From positions 68,661-132,660 of the forward strand of contig CBFCYE010000003.1 in the NCBI GenBank assembly GCA_965602225.1: 64,000 bases of DNA. The letters are read 5' to 3'. The notes beneath the pieces are model-generated. The model did not search any database and was not told the origin of the DNA. It was given only the letters and a program-made list of their open reading frames with translations. The DNA is from an uncultured Gammaproteobacteria bacterium. GTDB lineage: Bacteria; Pseudomonadota; Gammaproteobacteria; Tenderiales; Tenderiaceae. The stretch's first letter is position 1, and the number at the start of each line of letters is the position of its first letter. This document shows positions 59,050 to 64,000 of this stretch, in pieces. The position numbers and the translations under genes are program-made.

Positions 59050-59156
59050 AACAGCCCCCCACCCTATTCAACCTCAACAACGATACTGCTACACTGGAAT
59101 CAGGCAGCACGGTAATTCCATACGCTTGAAGCAATGCTTTAGAGGAGTTGTTAGTC

Positions 59157-60068
59157 ATGAGCAATCAGCCCACCCACCAATTAATTGAACTCAACGGTGA
59201 AAAAGTCGAACTACAGGACTTGATACAGCGTTATCAAAAACTGGAGGCTGAGAATGCCTCATTGACTAGTACCCACAACACAGCACTGCGAAAACATCAG
59301 GAAGACCAGGAACTCAAGCCGTTCCAGGCTGAACTGATTCGCCTACAACGTTATCTCGAAGACACCAACAAACGCATGATCATCGTCTTCGAAGGCCGTG
59401 ACGCCGCCGGTAAAGGTGGCACCATCCGCGAAGTGACCCGCTACATGAACGAAAAACACTATCGCATCGTCGCCCTGGGCAAACCCACCGAAGAGCAACG
59501 CACCCAGTGGTATTTCCAGAAATATGTCTCACAATTCCCCCGTGGCGGTGAAGTCGTGCTGTTTGACCGCAGCTGGTACAACCGCGCCATGGTTGAAAAG
59601 GTATTCGGCTTTTGCTCTGACGATGAATATGAAAATTTCATGCACGGAGTCACCGGCTTTGAAACCGACCTATCCCGCAATGGCACCTATCTATTAAAAC
59701 TATATTTCAGTGTCACCAAAGAAGAGCAAGCCGCACGCTTTGATAAGCGCCGCACCGACCCACTGAGACAGTGGAAACTGAGTGAGGTTGACCTGCAGGC
59801 GCAGGATCGTTGGGATGAATTTACCCATGTTAAATATGAGATGCTCAAACGCACCCACACTGAAGACAGCCCATGGACCATCATCCGCTCCAACGACAAA
59901 CACCAGGCCAGACTAAACGCCATCAAAGTCATCCTTAATTCGGTGCCCTATGAACAGCTGGATAACAGCCTGGAATATACACCCGATCCAAAGATTGTTG
60001 TCTCTGGCACAAGAGAGCTGGAAAAGATGGATGCCCAGCGGATTGAGAATGGGCATATCAAAGCCTAA
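59157..60068 (+). CDS. ppk2: Polyphosphate kinase 2
   Basis: Walker A-like FEGRDAAGKGGTI, the FDRSWYNR motif and the lid region RW..Y. SD AGAGGAG lies 9 nt before the ATG at 59157. Confidence 0.9.
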   Translation: MSNQPTHQLIELNGEKVELQDLIQRYQKLEAENASLTSTHNTALRKHQEDQELKPFQAELIRLQRYLEDTNKRMIIVFEGRDAAGKGGTIREVTRYMNEKHYRIVALGKPTEEQRTQWYFQKYVSQFPRGGEVVLFDRSWYNRAMVEKVFGFCSDDEYENFMHGVTGFETDLSRNGTYLLKLYFSVTKEEQAARFDKRRTDPLRQWKLSEVDLQAQDRWDEFTHVKYEMLKRTHTEDSPWTIIRSNDKHQARLNAIKVILNSVPYEQLDNSLEYTPDPKIVVSGTRELEKMDAQRIENGHIKA

Positions 60069-60375
60069 GTTATATGACTAGGGAGCCTCTATTTGATCTA
60101 ACAAACAGAGGCGGTCTGTTGGAATCTGATTGGCTCATTCTGGTAGATGCCTACTAGGGAACAGAAATCCGGCATTGGTAGCAGGCACTGAATCGATTTA
60201 TGATTGAGTTTGAAGATCGCTTGAGCGACTATATTTGAAACGGGCAGTTACACAGAATTATTTACAGTCTCCAGAAAGCAGATGCAGGATCAATACTTCA
60301 AGCACTTGCTCAATACGAAATAGCATTCAAACCAATCTAATAAGTCGCGGGCCGCCCCAGATATTGTCTACTGCA

Positions 60376-60741
60376 TTAAATTTCGGCAGCAACCACTGAG
60401 ATCTCCACTAACAGCGCTTCCCGAGCCATACTAGCTTCGACACAAGCACGAGCAGGTGCATACCCCTCTGGTACCCAGCTATCCCAAACCTCATTCATCT
60501 CGGCAAAATAATGCATATCTTTGATGTAGATAGTTGCCGATAAAATGTGCTTCCTGTCGCTACCTGCTGCCGCTAGAAGTTCATCAACTTTTTCCAGCAT
60601 ACTTGTCGTTTGCTCGTTTATACCTTGTTCAGCATCTTTGCAGACTTGGCCACACAAATAGATTGTCCCATTGTGTTTCACAATCCTGCTCATACGCTTT
60701 TTGGTTTCAATGCGTTCTATCAATTTCGACACCTTTTTCAT
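60376..60741 (-). CDS. RidA/YjgF-family enamine/imine deaminase-like protein
   Basis: GTIYLCGQV......Q......L..VD.LL...G.....IL..TIY..DM..F..MN.VW..W......PAR.CVEA... is the RidA fold pattern. Trimmed to the ATG at 60741. Confidence 0.75.
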   Translation of the reverse strand: MKKVSKLIERIETKKRMSRIVKHNGTIYLCGQVCKDAEQGINEQTTSMLEKVDELLAAAGSDRKHILSATIYIKDMHYFAEMNEVWDSWVPEGYAPARACVEASMAREALLVEISVVAAEI

Positions 60742-60992
60742 TTCTATGTAATGTAGAGCTCTAGGAAGCACCAGTTTCCTGCCATAACCATTGTCTCATT
60801 TAGGCCCAAAGTAAAGTTATATTCTCGTCTAAAAATCACATAAACATCCCTGTCACAGGAATAATCACATAAATCTAGACACTCGCCGAGTTCACATAAT
60901 TGGAGTATATTTTCACATATAAATTATCTTTTCCGGGTCTGTTAGACACCCCGTTTTTTGACCAAATACATCCATTTATAGAGAGAAAACCA

Positions 60993-62051
60993 GTGAGTAG
61001 CCACGAAGTCGATTTCAGTTATTTTTCCCAAGAACACCTGCTCAGTGCAGGTTGTTTCGATATGCAAAAAATCATGGAGGTCGTTGAGCAAACGCTACTC
61101 GACTTTGAGCAAGGTGGCATCATGTTTCCGGAAAAGATTGTCCAGATCTTTGATCAAGGCACTCAAGAACGAATCAACTGCCTACCCGCAACCATGCTGA
61201 ATGAAAAGATCTGTGGAATGAAATGGGTGTCGGTCTTTCCTGATAATCCGCGCAAACATGATCTACAAAACCTTTCGGCTATTTTTGTACTGTCTGAGAT
61301 TGAACGTGGCTTCCCCGTCGCCGTGATGGATGGCACGCTTGCCTCCAACATGCGGGTGGGTGCCGTCGGCGCTGTCGCCGCCAAATATCTTGCCAAGCAA
61401 GATTCGGAAACGATCGGTTTTATCGGTGCCGGCGAGCAGGCAAAAATGCATATGCTGGCGATGAAAGTGGCACGCCCCAGCCTTAAAGTCTGTCGTGTAT
61501 CGGCCCTAACCGCGGCAGAAGAGCAACAGTTCATCGACCAGCTTTCACCCATCCTACCGGATGTTGAATTCATCGCAGCCAATGGCAATGCCAAGGCGGC
61601 CATGGATGGAGCTGATATTCTTGTTACTGCGACCAGCGCCCAGGCACCCTTACTAAAGGCGGAGTGGGTTAAGCCCGGCGCCTTCTACAGCCATATTGGC
61701 GGCTGGGAAGATGAATACGAAGTAGTCACGCAGAGCGATAAGATCGTCTGTGATGACTGGAAGACCGTCATGCACCGCACCCAGACCTTAAGCCGTATGT
61801 ATAAAGAAGGTTTGCTCAGCAATCACGATCTTCATGCCGATCTACACGAGCTGGTCTCGGGCCACAAACCTGGCCGTGAATCGGATGAAGAGCGCATCTA
61901 TTTTAATGCCGTTGGCCTCTCCTATCTCGATGTCGCCATCGCCCACACCATGTACCAACAGGCCAAGGCGGCCGGTGTGGGCCAATCGCTTGAACTGCAA
62001 CACGAGATGATTTTCGAACATTCTGATATCGCCAGCATGGTCCGCCTATAG
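60993..62051 (+). CDS. Ornithine cyclodeaminase / mu-crystallin family protein
   Basis: Rossmann motif IGFIGAGEQA, plus upstream MKWVSVFP.N and TA.RVGAV segments typical of the OCD family. Start uncertain (TTG at 60900 in the track; I prefer the GTG at 60993). Confidence 0.75.
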   Translation: MSSHEVDFSYFSQEHLLSAGCFDMQKIMEVVEQTLLDFEQGGIMFPEKIVQIFDQGTQERINCLPATMLNEKICGMKWVSVFPDNPRKHDLQNLSAIFVLSEIERGFPVAVMDGTLASNMRVGAVGAVAAKYLAKQDSETIGFIGAGEQAKMHMLAMKVARPSLKVCRVSALTAAEEQQFIDQLSPILPDVEFIAANGNAKAAMDGADILVTATSAQAPLLKAEWVKPGAFYSHIGGWEDEYEVVTQSDKIVCDDWKTVMHRTQTLSRMYKEGLLSNHDLHADLHELVSGHKPGRESDEERIYFNAVGLSYLDVAIAHTMYQQAKAAGVGQSLELQHEMIFEHSDIASMVRL

Positions 62052-62356
62052 TGTCTCCTACATTTCGCCGTTTAGAGGAACCCAATGCTCGGTGGGTTGA
62101 GATAGAGATTGATGGCCAAGCCAGCCGCGCCCGTGAGGGCGAGTCGGTTGCTGCGGCTGTGCTGGCCTCGGGCCTGCGCGCCTGCCGCACCACGCCGATC
62201 TCAGGCGCACCCCGCGCACCCTATTGCATGATGGGTGTCTGCTTTGAGTGCCTGATGGAGATTGATGGCGTACCCAACCGCCAAGCCTGCCAAGTCGAGG
62301 TTCGTGAGGGAATGCAGATTCGCCGCCAAACAGGTACCGGTGAGGAGTATCGCTAA
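62051..62356 (+). CDS. (2Fe-2S)-binding small subunit (HcnA / opine oxidase / D-hydroxyproline dehydrogenase gamma-like)
   Basis: 101 aa. G.SVAAA.LA.G.R..R......PR.PYCMMGVCFEC...IDG....QAC Cys pattern. Translationally coupled to the next gene. Confidence 0.75.
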   Translation: MSPTFRRLEEPNARWVEIEIDGQASRAREGESVAAAVLASGLRACRTTPISGAPRAPYCMMGVCFECLMEIDGVPNRQACQVEVREGMQIRRQTGTGEEYR

Positions 62357-63750
62357 TGGAGCACCACGAGTTAATCGTCATCGGCGGTGGCCCCGCCGGG
62401 CTGGCCGCTGCTGCCAGTGCGGCACAGAGCGGCGTGGAATGTTTGCTTATTGATGAGCAGGCCACACCCGGTGGCCAGATCTATCGGGCGACGGAGACCA
62501 TCCCGAAACAGCGCGCCACCCTACTCGGGCCAGATTATCAATATGGTCGCAAGCTGGTAGATCAGTTCAACAACAGCGGTGCAGGCTACCTGCTCAACAC
62601 CACGCTCTGGAACCTAAACAGTCAACGCGAGATAGGCATTCTGCGCGAAGGCAAGGCCTCGTTGATGCAGGCCGATCGCGTCATCATTGCCAGCGGTGCG
62701 ATGGAGCGTCCGGTCCCCTTTCCCGGCTGGACCCTGCCCGGTGTCATGACCGCCGGTGCCGGACAGATTTTATTAAAGTCCGCCGGACTCGTGCCCAACG
62801 ATGGTTTGGTTTTGGCGGGTGCGGGGCCACTGCTTCTGTTGCTCGCCTGGCAATATATGAAAGCCGGTGTCACCATCCACGCGATTCTGGATATGGCACC
62901 GCCCGGTAATCTTTGGCGCGCCCTGCCTCACCTACCCCGCGCCCTGCTTGCCCATCGCTACATCCTCAAAGGACTGCGTTACCAACTGGAACTGAAACGT
63001 GCCGGTGTCGCGTTTTATAACGGGGTTTCCGATCTTCACGCAGTTGGCGATAATGCATTGGCAGCGGTGGAATTTAAGCATGGCAACAACAAGAAACGTA
63101 TCGAAACACCTTTATTGCTAACCCACTTTGGCGTCATCCCCGACAGCCATCTGAGTCGTTGCGCCGGTTGTGATCATCACTGGGATTCAGCCCAACTCTG
63201 CTGGCGACCTGTGAGCGATGAATGGGGTAACAGCTCGCTCGATGGTATTGCCATCGTCGGTGATGGCGCAGGTATTGGCGGCGCAGTGGCCGCACGACAT
63301 GCCGGTCGTTTGGCCGGTTTTGAAAGCGCACACGCCCTTGGGCGAATGAGCGCCCGGCAACGCGATGACGCAGCCCGCGAAGACCAGCGTTGGATGGCCG
63401 ATGACCTGCGGGTACGCCCCTTTCTTGAAACCCTATTCCGTCCGCCATCTGCCTTGCTGAACGAGCCAAGCGATGAAACGATTGTCTGTCGCTGTGAAGA
63501 GATCAACGCCGGTACCATCCGCAGCGCCATTCGTGCCGGTCATGAAGATACCAACCAGGTTAAGTTTCTAACCCGCTGCGGCATGGGCCCCTGCCAGGGG
63601 CGCCAGTGTGACAACGCGGTGAGTCAGCTTGTCGCCTTTGAACATGGCGTCGACACCATGATCGCCGGTGGTTATCGCATCCGCCCACCGATTCGGCCGT
63701 TGAGCATCGAACAACTTGCCAATTTAAATTGTGCGGGAGAAGAACAATGA
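62356..63750 (+). CDS. FAD/NAD(P)-binding oxidoreductase subunit with BFD-like [2Fe-2S] motif (HcnB/OoxA-like)
   Basis: The N-terminal dinucleotide fold VIGGGPAGLAAA, a second GAGP fold, and C-terminal CRCE.I....I......G....N.VK..TRCGMGPCQGR.C. Confidence 0.8.
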   Translation: MEHHELIVIGGGPAGLAAAASAAQSGVECLLIDEQATPGGQIYRATETIPKQRATLLGPDYQYGRKLVDQFNNSGAGYLLNTTLWNLNSQREIGILREGKASLMQADRVIIASGAMERPVPFPGWTLPGVMTAGAGQILLKSAGLVPNDGLVLAGAGPLLLLLAWQYMKAGVTIHAILDMAPPGNLWRALPHLPRALLAHRYILKGLRYQLELKRAGVAFYNGVSDLHAVGDNALAAVEFKHGNNKKRIETPLLLTHFGVIPDSHLSRCAGCDHHWDSAQLCWRPVSDEWGNSSLDGIAIVGDGAGIGGAVAARHAGRLAGFESAHALGRMSARQRDDAAREDQRWMADDLRVRPFLETLFRPPSALLNEPSDETIVCRCEEINAGTIRSAIRAGHEDTNQVKFLTRCGMGPCQGRQCDNAVSQLVAFEHGVDTMIAGGYRIRPPIRPLSIEQLANLNCAGEEQ

Positions 63751-64000
63751 ACGCCGACGTAGTCATTGTTGGCGGTGGCCTCATGGGACTCTCTACCGCC
63801 CTACACCTGGCACGCCGTGGTAGCAAAGTCATTGTGCTCGAAAGGCATAGCCCAGGTCGCCATGCTTCCGGGGTGAATGCCGGTGGCTTGCGCCAGCTCA
63901 ACCGTCACATTGCCGAAGTACCGCTCACGGTCGCCGCCGCCAAAATCTGGAAAAACATTGCCGAACTGGTGGATAGCGACTGCGATGTTTTGCTCAATGG
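63747..64000 (+). CDS. FAD-dependent oxidoreductase (DAO family; HcnC/OoxB/sarcosine oxidase beta-like), 5' part only
   Basis: Not in the track because it is open at the right edge. Hand translation from the ATG at 63747 (ATGA overlap with the upstream stop) gives MNADVVIVGGGLMGLSTALHLARRGSKVIVLERHSPGRHASGVNAGGLRQL... Confidence 0.75.
   Translation, partial: MNADVVIVGGGLMGLSTALHLARRGSKVIVLERHSPGRHASGVNAGGLRQLNRHIAEVPLTVAAAKIWKNIAELVDSDCDVLLN

Overview
This 64 kb window looks like core chromosome from a gammaproteobacterium. Gene order resembles what I recall from Pseudomonas: sppA-HAD-rluC | rne ... ptp-kdsB-ycaR-lpxK-exbDB-comEC | DUF2062 | lolDC, then rluB-scpBA-trpS, the yciO/trpH/yciB/yciI/bolA block, smc-zipA, queF, cysZ, deaD, dksA, acs, tRNA-Asn, mfd. 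I call about 65 CDS, one tRNA, several rho-independent terminators, one candidate sRNA and one coding tandem repeat. I saw no CRISPR array, integrase, transposase or prophage genes.

The main anomaly is the ligA locus (about 22.4-25.0 kb):
- The canonical NAD-dependent DNA ligase gene survives only as a 5' stub (domain Ia up to just before the KxDG adenylation lysine) and a roughly 30-codon 3' stub (end of BRCT).
- The missing interval is occupied by a low-GC cassette of about 2.1 kb encoding a complete but strongly divergent NAD-type ligase.
- This looks like in-situ xenologous replacement of an essential gene with both scars preserved. No recognisable mobility gene is present.

Secondary points:
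- A DksA with a Lys/Ala/Pro-rich N-terminal tail of about 55 aa, and a separate Lys/Ala-rich histone-like protein.
- A promoter-to-terminator sRNA candidate upstream of tRNA-Asn.
- An uncharacterised RND/MMPL + LolA-like + SPOR-beta-barrel envelope module.
- An HcnABC/opine-oxidase-like dehydrogenase cluster with ornithine cyclodeaminase and RidA.
- A short stretch of probable gene debris.

All family calls rest on motif recognition from memory plus the supplied ORF track. No database search or computation was run. Three CDS missing from the track were found by hand translation: 1-178, 6735-6914 and 63747-64000.
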